DNA from: an uncultured Nitrososphaerales archaeon
GTDB taxonomy: Archaea > Thermoproteota > Nitrososphaeria > Nitrososphaerales > Nitrososphaeraceae
Direction: 5' to 3'
NCBI GenBank assembly: GCA_963709405.1
Contig: CAVPXM010000018.1
Location: 1 to 38,335 of the forward strand
DNA: 38,335 nucleotides
A program made the translations under genes and the position numbers. Below, piece by piece: positions 21,208-32,636 of the stretch. Below the pieces are notes generated by a model. The model had not been told where the DNA came from. It was given only the letters and a program-made list of their open reading frames with translations, and searched no databases. Numbering within the stretch: the stretch's first letter is position 1; every line of letters starts with the position of its first letter.

Positions 21208-21474
21208 TCATAACTTCTTGTCTATTAATGACTCGGGCTTAACTTGCACCAGCTTAGGATATGCTGTATCATTGAGATGATCTGTTCATCTGGTCGCGCA
21301 TAGCCTTTATCTCTTGATTATATATGATTTCCATAGTTTCAATTTCATACTTCTTTTGAGTTAGTCTATCTATTTTCATACGGAAGTGGTATTCCTCATT
21401 TACTGTCAGATCATTTATTGCTGAAATATAGCCCAGTGCCTTATCGTTACCTTCTAGTAGTTCTGTGTCAGATG
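21208..21474 (-). pseudogene. Probable C-terminal remnant of a tyrosine recombinase/integrase, cut by IS6
   Basis: PSDTELLEGNDKALGYISAINDLTVNEE...IETM...AMRDQMN...PKLVQVKPESL resembles, from recollection, the coiled-coil tail of Nitrososphaeraceae integrases. The catalytic part is absent. Confidence 0.5.
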
Positions 21475-22160
21475 GGCTCTAAAGTTAAGGAAAAATCTGT
21501 AGATATGTCTCCAATATAGTTTATGAAATGTTAAATAAGAAAGAGAACATAACCTGAGAATATAGCATATTCTCTGTATCTTTATTTCTTTGGTCTTTCA
21601 CTAAGAAATACATCCAAAGCTGTGTCCAGATTTGTTAAAAGGAGCCATACTGCAATAAGAGACTGGATTCAAAAATACAAACCCGAGATATTAGGCTCTA
21701 AAAAGTTACGTATTACTGAATTTATAATTGATGAAACTATCATTAAAGTTGGTTCCGAATATATCTGGTTATGGATAGCCATTGAAAATGAATGATACCG
21801 AGAAATCCTTCAAATAAGCATGTCTAAAGAGAGAAAGAAACATGTTTGTTGCAGAACGTTTTATATCAAACCTTGTGGAAAGATATGGAGAACAGCCTGT
21901 TTCAACAGATAAAGGTACGTGGTATCAACCACAGGCATGTAAATTCTTAAGAATAAAGCACCATCTTCATCATTCTGCATTTGAGGAGAAAAGCATAATC
22001 AAGAGAGAGATAACGATACAATAATACATCAAAGATAGAATGGAAAGTTTCGATGATTATTTTCCTTGTAGAAAAATAAATGTAAATTGCAACACATACA
22101 TACATACATACATACATACATACATACATACATACATACATACATACATACAGAAATGAT
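21475..22160 (+). pseudogene. IS6-family element, degenerate
   Basis: Starts GGCTCTAAAGTTAAG. Motifs LYLYFFGLSLRNTSKAV, IRDWIQKY, FIIDET, MFVAERF, STDKGTWY and IKDRMESFDDYFPCRK. Several stops and frameshifts. Confidence 0.85.
22094..22152. repeat. Tetranucleotide microsatellite (ACAT)14 + ACA
   Basis: Perfect repeat seen directly in the sequence. Confidence 0.97.
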
Positions 22161-22264
22161 CGAACTCACCAGTAACACTCATAATACTATTGCTAGTTTC
22201 TTGATACTATATTACTAGTTTTAATCATGACCGACATCCAATTTTCATAAAACTGATTTTTAAT

Positions 22265-22453
22265 TTAATTGGTAAAAACGTTACTATTGCCGTAAGTGCC
22301 CTCTAATCGCTTATATATCAATGCACAATCAATACTATGAAAGAGCTGTATGTCATTCTTTTTCCCTATGATTTCTAATATATTATCATTCCCATCATTT
22401 TTCATCGTAATTGGTTTACCACATATACAGTAAGCCTGATCTGACTTATACAT
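22265..22453 (-). CDS. Small TRASH/YHS-like metal-binding protein
   Basis: YCICGKPI...LFHSIDCALIYK. Confidence 0.55.
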   Translation of the reverse strand: MYKSDQAYCICGKPITMKNDGNDNILEIIGKKNDIQLFHSIDCALIYKRLEGTYGNSNVFTN

Positions 22454-22818
22454 TAAGGCACTCTAGACAATATATTATATAAAGACCGATATTGCGATAT
22501 AACACAGTGTAGTCATATAGGTTAACTTTTGCTAATTATGATAATTCTGTTAGTAAATCTTGTATGTCTCCAAAAGTTTATAGTTTGTTATTATTACTAG
22601 AACAGAATTTGTAGTGCCTAATATTAAGTTTATCGAAGCTATGTATTATGTATAGTTCTATCAAATAACCTTGATCCTGTGTTTACGCATTTGATTATTG
22701 ATTAATTTATTCAAAAATTATCTATCAAAAGATATTATAATATAAGGTGAATACGACAATTAACTTCTAATATTATTATTGACCATCTCTTCCTTCCAAA
22801 TTCATAAACAATATGGAG

Positions 22819-24397
22819 TCAGAGTGCTGATGATGTTAATTGATCGTTATTATTATTATGATTTGTACGTTTTCTTCTTTTGTTATTCCTAATCGCATCT
22901 ACAAACCAATCTGGCAACATATCGATACTCTTTCTTACAAAGTATTCAAAGGCAGAGTCTAAAACATATGTTTTCGCCCAATCATCTTTAGACCTTATTG
23001 ATCTGCCATAAGCTTGGACTAATCTTACTGCTGTTTGCCAATAATACCATTCTTGATCTTTCTCTCTCTTTGCATTAGTCCATCTATCATTCTTGTTAGG
23101 ATATGGAACCTTGGTTATTATCTGGAATCTTGATAATTCGTCTTTTAGATCAAGACCGGTGTTTAAAGAAGGTGATATTAAAACAGTGGGTTTTTCTTCG
23201 CTTTAATAATATGCTCTTCAATGATTTCTTCTCTTTGTATTTCTGGATCTGTAATAATAAGTCTTCTTGAATTTTCATTCGATAAGTTACCTTTGATAAA
23301 GTTTAATTGTTCATATGACGTTATATTTCTTAGATATTTCCTCATCACTATCAAATAAATCTGGTGCAGAGACTATTCTTTTTGATGTTCTATTATTCTT
23401 ATTCTTTTTTTGCTTGCTACTTGATATGTCAAATTGGTATTTGACCTTACGTTCTAATGCTAATGTTTCTGTCAGCGATTCTTCTCCGGGCAGCTTTAGC
23501 ATGTTAGTTTCAATATCGATCAGAAATTCAATCCATTTTCCGATATCATTGTAACCATAGTCCGTCATCTTAAAATTTTGGATGTACTTTTTCCATCTTT
23601 TATTGTAAATCGATAAACCTCTAAATTTGATAATTTCAGTCTCTAACAAGTGTCCTTCATTAGTAACTGTCTTGCAGGTAGTACTTTTTTGTTTGGCAAA
23701 AGTGCCAAAAAATTGGAATAGTTAAATATAGAATGACTGGCAGTTAAAGCGATATTAAGCTGGTCAAAATATCCACATGGTCTCCATTGTGTATTTGCCG
23801 GAATAGTTTGAAAGTTCTTAATATGTAGCCATTCTGGGTAGTCATTCTGATAATGTAGTGTGGTATCATATGAAATCGATATTTTTTCTTCCCTAGTTCA
23901 TTTTTCAGAAATTTCATAATCTCTTAAAAAAGTTCTATATTTACAACCTACATCTTTGAAATTCTTGTTTGTCATACAAGGACCATATTCAACAGAGCGA
24001 TGACTACACTCACTGTTTGTGCTAATATTGCCTATTCTCGAACATATTCCGCATTTGTAGATCTGATTTGTAACAAAATCTTCCTTTACCAAGCAACGAA
24101 AGTTGTTCTTTCCTTTCACTAGCTTCAAATAAGGAAAATCGTTGGAATATTGTCTTTGCAGATCTTTGGTGGAAGTGCAGATATAGCTCGAGCCCATCGT
24201 AGGGCTACAGCCACAGCTACTGCACTTTTACCAAACCCAGTGGGAGCTTCAAGGATTATGTATTTGTACCCTGAGTTATACGCTTCAGATATCTCATTCA
24301 ATACATAAGGTTGATTCTTTCTCTTATCGGAGTATGGAAAATTATGCATAAGGTCAGATAAATGCGTAATTGTTAATTCAGGACGTTTTGTACTCAA
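22819..24397 (-). pseudogene. DinG/XPD-like SF2 helicase, disrupted
   Basis: Walker A ILEAPTGFGKS, Cys-rich Fe-S-like region, NEGH (degenerate DEAH-type motif II), TGLDLKDELSRFQIITKVPYP and QAYGRSIRSKDD. Several frameshifts, plus an apparent large internal deletion at ~23320. Confidence 0.85.
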
Positions 24398-24789
24398 AAC
24401 CTAGATCAAATCGTCTAGTGGGTAATAATTATCTTTAGTTCTAGAAAATAGTTCAATTTAGATCTTGTATGATTGGTAAAGATTGTTTTCCTTACTCTTA
24501 TCCTCTATTCTTAGATACGATTAAATTGAATATGATTTTAGGGATATCTAACAATGCTATGTAGAAATTTTATCGAATTTTGAGTTTATGGTTCTCTAAA
24601 CTAATAATCAAGAATCCGTGTTGAAATATTATGTTAAATTACTACTAAAACGTATTTGTAACCTGGAAGATAATTATACATAATGCAAATATGTTTGAGA
24701 AAAGAATTAAATGTAATTGGATTGACAAAAAAATAGGATCTGAGCATTATAATATCTCTAAAGTGCTAGTTAAGTTCCATTTATATAAT

Positions 24790-24963
24790 ATGACAGAAAC
24801 AATTTGCAGACGATGTGGTTTGGAACTGGACACTATTATATCAACTTGTAAATTATGTAATCAACCCTTAAAATTTGGTTGTCTGTCCTGTGGACATATA
24901 GAAGATGAAAAAGTTCATTTAGATTGCAGAAATGCAGAGTATTTGTTACCGGCTAACAAATAA
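24790..24963 (+). CDS. Small multi-CxxC zinc-finger protein
   Basis: MTETICRRCG...CKLC...CLSCGH...HLDC. The ATG at 24790 is more plausible than the ORF-track start at 24691. Confidence 0.65.
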   Translation: MTETICRRCGLELDTIISTCKLCNQPLKFGCLSCGHIEDEKVHLDCRNAEYLLPANK

Positions 24964-25055
24964 CTAACAGCCGTACTTACACTGATAGTCAAATTATTTT
25001 TGATTATTTACATAGATTGTAGTTGCTACTTTTTCCCGTTGTATGTTGCATGTAA

Positions 25056-25381
25056 TTATTGAGTATTGATTTCAACAATTGCGTTGTTATCCTCATTATC
25101 ATCGCTACCACCAGTGCCACCAGTACCGTGCTCATGATGCTGATTGTTAGTGCTAGTGCTACTGCTACTACTGTGGTGTTGGGGCTGATTATCACCACTA
25201 TCAGATGATGTTATGAGGTCGGTGTAATCGGAGGATAAGAAGTTGGAGAGTGACTCGCGCCATTTACTACACTCTTTGCATACAGAGGAGCAGCGAAACT
25301 ATGTGGTAACAAAGATGTTGCAAAAGATAATACCACTAACGTTAGTATAAACCATTTTCTATTTGTAGAGATATAAGTCAT
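25056..25381 (-). pseudogene. Secreted low-complexity protein, frameshifted
   Basis: Signal peptide MTYISTNRKWFILTLVVLSFATSLLPHSFA, then in another frame SSDSGDNQPQHHSSSSSTSTNNQHHEHGTGGTGGSDDNEDNN. Confidence 0.5.
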
Positions 25382-25665
25382 ATTCTATATCCTTGAGTTA
25401 GTATTATTATATGTGTATTAAGACACTTAAGTAGACCATAATAAACCTGTTATTTATTACAAAAGAGACTTTAATAAAAATATTATTCGATTTAGAAGAT
25501 AGTGTGAAGTATATCATAGTCAATTAGATATCAGAGTTTGATTCATAAATATGACCATGGTTTGTTTATATATAATATACCAACACTGAGTACTTGATAC
25601 CAATTATCTACTTTTTTCATATTGTACATGTATTTTTATAGAATAGTATAATCAAAATTATAAAT

Positions 25666-26559
25666 TTATTGAAAATTTTGATAATGATATAAGATATAAT
25701 TTCCGGATATCAATATCTTTAAGTTTGGCCAGACACCTTCTCTTCTTTCAATGAGACTGTTGCTTGAGTTCTTATCTGCGATATCTGTTGCTGTAACAAT
25801 GACAGAATAGTCCGTGTTATGAATTGTTTTGTACCTTTTCGCTTTGTCTATATCGTCTTTTTCCACTTTTTCTTTGACCTTGTTATCCCATGCTATAGGG
25901 GGTGCAACCTTTTCTCCATTTTCCGTTACGATAGTTTATACTACATCCGCCATTTCAATCCCAACTCTTTTTGGTATGATTTCGTCTTTTGGAAATGCTT
26001 TATGGAGATCGTCGAACAAATTTATTTCTCCTGATGTGCCTCTTAATTCTGGAGAGATATTCTCTATAATTTTTTTCTGTTTTTCATTTATTTGCTTTAT
26101 TCGGAAATTTTCTTTTTCTATTCGACTAATGTGTTCTTTGTACTGCGTCTCTATTTGTCTATGTGTTTGTTCGTTATCTCTTATAGCTTGTTTAATTTTG
26201 TCGGCTGCTTCTATTTCTTCATCTTTCTTTCTGAGCTTCTCTTCATATGTCTGTCTCACAATTGCACGTTCATTTTCTGCTTTTTTCTCATATTCTTTTA
26301 ATTGCAATTGCACTTGTTGACTAACCTTTGTTTCAACTTCTTGATTGTGTAATTTTTCTCGTTTTTGAATTTCTTGTTGGTGCTCCTTGTCTCTTTCTTG
26401 AATTATGTGATTATATTCTTTTTTGAGCTTTTCGACCTGTGTATCAGCCGTAGTTTCTATTAGCTTGCCAATTTTTTCACATACGTGTTTGTATTCTTCT
26501 TGACCCATTGGATGCCCGCAAGCTGGGCATCTGAATTCCTGAATTGTGGTGACTGTCAT
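25666..26559 (-). pseudogene. DUF2130-like coiled-coil protein with premature stop
   Basis: CPAC, a long coiled coil, then RGTSGE...FP.DEI...G...ADVV*TIVTENG.... In-frame TAA at 25936-25938; the frame continues WDNK...KAK. Confidence 0.65.
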
Positions 26560-27043
26560 GCTACATCCATCTCCAATTGTGTTGCTGGCTTTATCACAGA
26601 ATCAAATATGTCCTTATTTGCCAGCTCTAATTGTTCTGCTGTTGCCTCAACTGATCCAGCGCCATGTATCCGGATCGTTGTCTGATTTGTTGTAACAATC
26701 GCTATAAAATAGGGACACTATTACTGCAGATTGCCTCCCGATGTACAGAACGTACGTCTAGAATCGATAGGGCATCATGTTAAGCACAAGATCCAGAGAA
26801 TCATAAGTTTGAGTTATTAGAATCGCTGAATATTCCTAAGCTTACTGATATGGCTCATATGATTAGCTGGTTCTATGATAGGTAAACCATTTAGGTCTTG
26901 TGATAAACTCAAAAACATATCTATCTACTCAATGGGTTTATTGAACGTGAGTCACTAGTAAGTAGGACTCAATTCGTGGAAACGTATTCTAAAATTCATT
27001 AGGAACTCTGAATTCTAGACTAAACTACTCTTCGTCTTGTATG

Positions 27044-27997
27044 TTACGAGAGTATCCTTTTAGCAACAAAGGAATGCAATTCAGAATCATTCATCTTCTT
27101 TTTTGCTTCTGAATACAATTTTGCGTCTTCACCTACAGGATATCTAAAGAAATTAACTCCTTTACTAACGTAGACTGCTGCTGACATCTCAATGCTCTCA
27201 AGTACTATTCTAGCAACTTGCTTAGGATCTGGTGCATTTCTCATGGCACGATAGTAATGAGATAGAAAGCTTTCCACTACATCAGCATACTTGGTAATTT
27301 CTCTCTGAGATTTAGTATTGTCTGAATTTGTAGTACTGATTGTCGGTGATGAAGGAGATGAAGATGCCAACAGGGATGACGAAATCGATAGAGTATTATC
27401 TGGGATTATAATATTCTCTACGAATTTGGTATTAATTACGCCAGGCTCGACGAGTACTACTTTTATTCCGTACTGTTCTACCTCGTAAGCTAAAGATTCA
27501 CTTAATCCTTCTAATGCAAACTTTGTACTAACATATACGGATTGTGCTGGAAAGCCGACATAACCTGATAGTGAGGAAATATTCACTATAATCCCACTTC
27601 TTTGAATTCTCATTATAGGAAGTACTTGCTGTATTGTTCTAACTGCTCCGAAGAAATTGGTTTCAAATTGCTTCTTAATATCCTCAAGAAGTAGATCTTC
27701 TAGGGCACCAAATAGGCCAAAGCCAGCGTTATTCACCAAAATATCAATGCTCTTGTCTTCGTCACGTATTTTTTCAAAGGCCTCTACTACGGAATCGTCT
27801 TTATTCACGTTCATATGGATGATCTTCAGGGGAAGCTCTTCCTTTTCAGTAATCTTTTTAATTAAATCAGCCTTACTCAAATCTCTCATCGTCGCATAAG
27901 TGCGAATTCCATTACGTGCAAAGAGTAGACATGTCTCTAGTCCAATACCTGATGAGCTACCAGTAACAACAGCGACCTTTTGATCTTTTAGTACCAA
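27044..27997 (-). CDS. SDR family oxidoreductase
   Basis: TGSSSGIG, LVNNAGFG, NISS, YVSTK and VEPG. Ser/Thr-rich insertion after the catalytic core. Confidence 0.93.
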   Translation of the reverse strand: MVLKDQKVAVVTGSSSGIGLETCLLFARNGIRTYATMRDLSKADLIKKITEKEELPLKIIHMNVNKDDSVVEAFEKIRDEDKSIDILVNNAGFGLFGALEDLLLEDIKKQFETNFFGAVRTIQQVLPIMRIQRSGIIVNISSLSGYVGFPAQSVYVSTKFALEGLSESLAYEVEQYGIKVVLVEPGVINTKFVENIIIPDNTLSISSSLLASSSPSSPTISTTNSDNTKSQREITKYADVVESFLSHYYRAMRNAPDPKQVARIVLESIEMSAAVYVSKGVNFFRYPVGEDAKLYSEAKKKMNDSELHSFVAKRILS

Positions 27998-28314
27998 ATT
28001 TTCGTTCTAGTGTAATAAAACCCTCATTTATATTGTAACTATTCTTTATTATCCTGGGCCTAAATATAGAGTCAAATTTGATGACCGAGAGTAGAGTCAT
28101 CAAATAGTTAACAATATGTGACAACGAATTCGAGGAGTTTTAAATTCTGATATTGGAGATTTATATAGGACTATAGAATTATTGAAATGATTTAACAAAG
28201 TATTCGTTAAGAGGACTAGTAATTTTAGACACCTCGGACAACACTGGATTTTTCATCAGATCCGGAATAATATCGGAAAATGTGTCTTCTAATACGATGT
28301 GCGGCATCCCAGGT

Positions 28315-28601
28315 TATAAACATTCTCTAAAATGAGACATCTAGTGTATAGAGTGACGCCTTGGTACGATGATAAGAGTTTATACATGTCTATCATTAGG
28401 CGCGCCATATGTCGCGTATTATAGATAAGAATTCATTAATATACAATGACATTTTCAAAAGAACTCACCGATAAAGAATCTCTTGCAATATTTCAGCAAG
28501 TCAGAAAGAAACGTAGTATTTGCCCCATGACGTATTCAGAATGAATCCAAAATAACTAACCTTTGTGTGGCAGAGTATAAACATTCTCTAAAATGAGACA
28601 T
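28315..28601. repeat. Exact 26-bp direct repeat TATAAACATTCTCTAAAATGAGACAT (28315-28340 and 28576-28601)
   Basis: Seen directly. The flanks are also similar (TGTG[C/T]GGCA upstream, GTATAGA downstream). Confidence 0.9.
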
Positions 28602-28947
28602 TATAAGTATAGACGGACTGTTCGATATACATTGAGATTGATCAGATAACGCTTCATTTTAAGTCTAAGTCAGTTGGTGCATTCGTCAAGGCACTTGACA
28701 AGAATGCGTAACAAGAGGTGAACTATGCTAAGACACAGAATAGCACTCCTTAAGAATGATTCACATGGATTACAGACATAGGTAACCAAATATGCTTATT
28801 ACATGTACGACAAAACCTTCTCTTGTAAGACGTAACTAGACTTCATCTTCGAGATTGTCCGCGTTCTCTTAATGAAACAAAACAAGCAAATATTTAATAT
28901 CCATTGTACTGATTGATTTAACTGAATTGAATGATTCTAAGCTGTCA

Positions 28948-29270
28948 ATGAATCTTATCAGTAGAGAAGAATTAAAAGAGAGGTTAGATCGTGGAGATAA
29001 GTTTAAACTAATAAACGCTTTAGGAGAATGGGCATTTGAAGCTAAACGAATACCTGGTTCCATCAACATCAGTAGTATGCGAGACGTAAAAAAAAGCTTG
29101 ATCCTAGCGATGATATTGTCATACATTGTTCTAATCCATCATGCCCTGCGAGTATAATAGGATATCAAATCTTGGAACGTAACGGTTACAAGAAAGTAAG
29201 GCGTTATGCAGGTGGATTGCAAGATTGGGAGGAAGCAGGATATCCATTAGAAGGTAATCTAGTTGACTAG
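28948..29270 (+). pseudogene. Rhodanese-like protein with an A8-run frameshift (~29088-29095)
   Basis: MNLISREELKE...IPGSINI, then in the shifted frame LDPSDDIVIHCSNPSCPAS...GYKKVRRYAGGLQDWEEAGYPLEG*. Confidence 0.85.
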
Positions 29271-30170
29271 CCCAAGAAATGCTTTAGGTTATATCGTTAG
29301 GATATATTTCATGATTACGTTAACAGATTTCTATGGCAATAATGGTTTATTATTCTGGTTTGGTCCATTGAATCGGGTTTATAATACTCCTTTGTGATCT
29401 GAAAGGATTCCACTAGATGTTGTACTTCCAGACATAGGTGACAATATAGCTACCTATAGCTACCGACATCCTGAGACGCATAAATCAGAGTTATTAAAAT
29501 TCTCCAAACTTACCCATGACTAGCTGATCCTATTAATAGGTAAAACTATCATGGAATCGTGATGAACTTAATATCTGTCGACTCTGCCAATTGATGATAT
29601 CTATAGATAGTAGCATATGTCGATGGGAATCTGAATTGAAAGATGTGTGAATACAAATGGGCACGTCGATTCATACTAACAATGAGAAATGACGTTCTTT
29701 CTTGATAACTAAGGAGGTCCTGGATGAACACAGTGAGCCATATCTTTACCAGAATAAAATTTATGGCAATTTGGTCGTCCACCATTATTATTTGCATATA
29801 CTTGATGTGCAAGTGGTATGGTAGTAATATAATGGAAATAATACGCAAGCGCTTGCGGGTTTTTGTGTTAAGACTATGATATGGTGGGATTAGTACAAAA
29901 CATTTTTTGGTTGAAGTTATCCATTACTTAGAACGGACGTATATTAATATTAAACCCAGGCCGAAGGCGACCAAACCAACGATTAAAAAGGCCATCGCGA
30001 AAACAGAAACCATAGCAACAACAAGAACCGGACGATACCAGTTTAAAAAGGTGTCTCAGGATAAGGCTAGTGAAGTTAGCAAGACTAGTGTGCTAAGGAT
30101 CCTATCCAGATAGATAGTTGGTTCATTTACTGGTGCTAAATTTACAAAATCGACAATAGTTCCTAATATA

Positions 30171-30410
30171 CTATAGTAAAGGCACTTCTGCTAATGGTTG
30201 AGTATTATCTGATCCTGTAGGTTCGGTTATTTCAGGTGTTTGTTGTTCGGTTGGTGTTTGCGTAGGAGTTTGCTTACTGTCACTGCTATCATTGCTGCCA
30301 CTGCTATTGCTGTCAGTACTCTTCGAATGTTTGGCATATGATATTACTGGAATAGTACATGTTATTATTAGCAGCGTCGATAAAATGAGGGCAATTGAAA
30401 ACCAACTCAT
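30171..30410 (-). CDS. Secreted Ser/Thr/Pro-rich protein, probably truncated
   Basis: Signal peptide MSWFSIALILSTLLIITCTIPVISYA followed by a low-complexity tail. Confidence 0.45.
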   Translation of the reverse strand: MSWFSIALILSTLLIITCTIPVISYAKHSKSTDSNSSGSNDSSDSKQTPTQTPTEQQTPEITEPTGSDNTQPLAEVPLL

Positions 30411-30736
30411 TTCTTCATCATACCACCAATGGGATAGAATCACTGACGACTGATCGATTGGCAAACATTCACGGCTTGTACTGGAAATCCACATGATCGA
30501 GATTCTGGACCAACTGGCAACCCACATGACTCAGGTGGTGTGGACATCACCGTGAAGGCGATAACTGTAACGGAGCACAATAACTAAATAAAATGGTAAA
30601 GAGTAGTTCAAAAAAGGTTCTGGAAAGAAATCTTTCCATATTTTGCTATGATTTGAAGGTATGAATATTCATGTTTTTGAAGGATATTAACGGGCCTTTT
30701 GTAGGACATTTCCACTGGAATCACTTCACTTCATTT

Positions 30737-31033
30737 CATTTTTTTATTGCTGCCATCTCTGCATCTGTCCAATTCATCACACGCTGTACACATTTGGTGA
30801 CATTAGCAGATTTCAAGTCGCTTGATAATGCATGACACATTTCTAATTTGATAGTTTGATCATGTGCCTCTTAACCTATCTTTTTTGCTTCCCGTGTTAG
30901 CTGGTCGATCTCTTCTTGTTGTGAAGATTTAGCTCGAGCTTGATCTTGATCTGGAGCATTGATAAACAAGCTCAGAACCATGGCCGCAACAGCGACCACA
31001 TAAACGACTGACGATGACGATAGTCTTCTCACG
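30737..31033 (-). pseudogene. Membrane-anchored helical hypothetical protein with an internal stop
   Basis: GTG start, ...VVYVVAVAAMVLSLFI...EAKKIG*EAHDQTIKLEMCHAL...IKK*. Directly adjacent to the IS5. Confidence 0.35.
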
Positions 31034-31047
31034 ATAATATCAACTTA

Positions 31048-31990
31048 GAGCCTATGCGAAAAGTCCACTTCTTCTATAGGTGATCCATGCACATGCAAAA
31101 TGTAACATTCCAATATAGTTTTCAATCCTCTTTTCCCATCTTACCAGCAATCGTCTGAATCTGTTCATCCAAGAATGGGTTCTTTCAACAACCCATCGTC
31201 TAGCTCTGTATTTTGGTATTCCTTCTTTAATGCTGCTTCTTTCCTTTCCTTTTAATCTGATGTGAATTGTATAGCCATACTCTTCCAGTAATTCGTATAC
31301 CTCTGGAAACGCGTAGCCTTTGTCCATGCACATGTGCTGCTTTGATCTGATTGTTGGTTCAGGTCTATAGATGACTATGCTTTGCAATGTTGCTTTGGTC
31401 ATCTTCATGTCATGCCTGTTAACTCCATCTACACATACACCAAGTGGTACTCCTTTACCATCTACCAGAATACTACGTTTTGTACCTGATTTAGCTCTGT
31501 CCGTGGGATTTGGTCCTGTGCTTTTTTCCCCCAAGAGGCGCTTTTGTAATAACGCCATCCATAGCCTGCCATTTCCAATCGATCCCAGTTTTTTTATCAT
31601 ATACCGACAATCCATCGATCCACATTCGCTTGAAAACACCAGCCTTTCTCCATTCCTGGAATCTGTCATGTACTGTACTTTGAAGCACCAAGACTTCTAG
31701 GTAGAGCATTCCACTGACAGCCTGTACGTAGGACGTAGAAAATAGCACTCATGGCCTTCCTGTCATCCATTCTTGGACGACCAGCCTTTTTCTTCTTTCT
31801 CCTACGTATTGATGGAGATAGCAATGTAATGATTCTATCCCATACAACATCAGGTATGCAGTACGATGAATCAACTCCAGTAACCTCTGATATCAATACA
31901 GCTTAAAAGAAAGTGTAGTACCACTTCAGCTTTATCGATCAAACACAGTTTGCTTATAACTCAATAAAACTCTACTTTTCGGATGGGTTC
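31048..31990 (-). mobile_element. IS5-family element (IS427-like), related to the 5147-6005 element
   Basis: IRs GAACCCATCCGAAAAGT / GAGCCTATGCGAAAAGT, with TTA at 31045-31047 and 31991-31993. Motifs IFYVLRTGCQW, APLGGK slippery G/A run, GPNPTDRAK, DKGY and RWVVERTHSW. Extra frameshift at ~31680. Confidence 0.92.
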
Positions 31991-32003
31991 TTAGTCTCTT
32001 GTT

Positions 32004-32412
32004 TTAAACCTGCCTAGATACCTCGATAAAGTCCTTTTCATCTATCTCAATCGAACCATAGATCCCCGACGTAGATATCGAGCCGCACGCGTCAACCACC
32101 TGCTTAGCCTTCTGCAATGCTCTACCTTTCAACGACTCCATAATTCGCTTATTCAATCTATCACTAGGACAGCTATTGAAAAAAAGGAGCTTGCCGGCGT
32201 CGTCAACAGGCATAGGACTGCCACTAATCATTTTTGATTATGCATTCACTCATAGCTGGGGTGTTTACCTTTACCTTTTCGTGCTTTAGACACCATATTC
32301 CAGTAAACACGTCGTTATAGACCGTTAATGGTAGATTCAGATGTGTCTCAAAGCCGTGAACATGCGCGCCCCAGATTGCTAACCATCCGTCAACGTACCT
32401 TATGTCTTTCAC
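32004..32412 (-). CDS. Hypothetical protein(s): two overlapping ORFs, possibly one gene split at an A5 run
   Basis: ORFs 32224-32412 and 32004-32231 join in frame if one A is removed from ATCAAAAATGATT. Confidence 0.45.
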
Positions 32413-32636
32413 TTGTTCGTCTTTCCAGTTGATGGATATTTAAGTACGTCAGATAAGGCTCGTGGTCATTTAGATGAGGTTAAATAAGATAATAATATAT
32501 TGTGTTTGTTTAATAATTAATATAATTATATTGAAAATACGAATTGATTGGCAGGAGTCCTGTGTAGATAGATTGAAATATATACTAATTTGGTATCTAT
32601 TCTACATGAAATAGTACTTAATGTTGCTTAAAGTAT

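Noticed and set aside
21947-22141. ORF MYVCMYVC... as a repeat peptide or RiPP precursor
   Set aside because: It is just the antisense translation of the (ACAT)n microsatellite.
22819-24397. DinG-like helicase as part of type IV CRISPR or a defence operon
   Set aside because: No cas or partner genes, and the gene is deleted and frameshifted.
28315-28601. 26-bp repeat as a CRISPR array
   Set aside because: Only two copies, a 235-bp gap, and no cas genes in the window.
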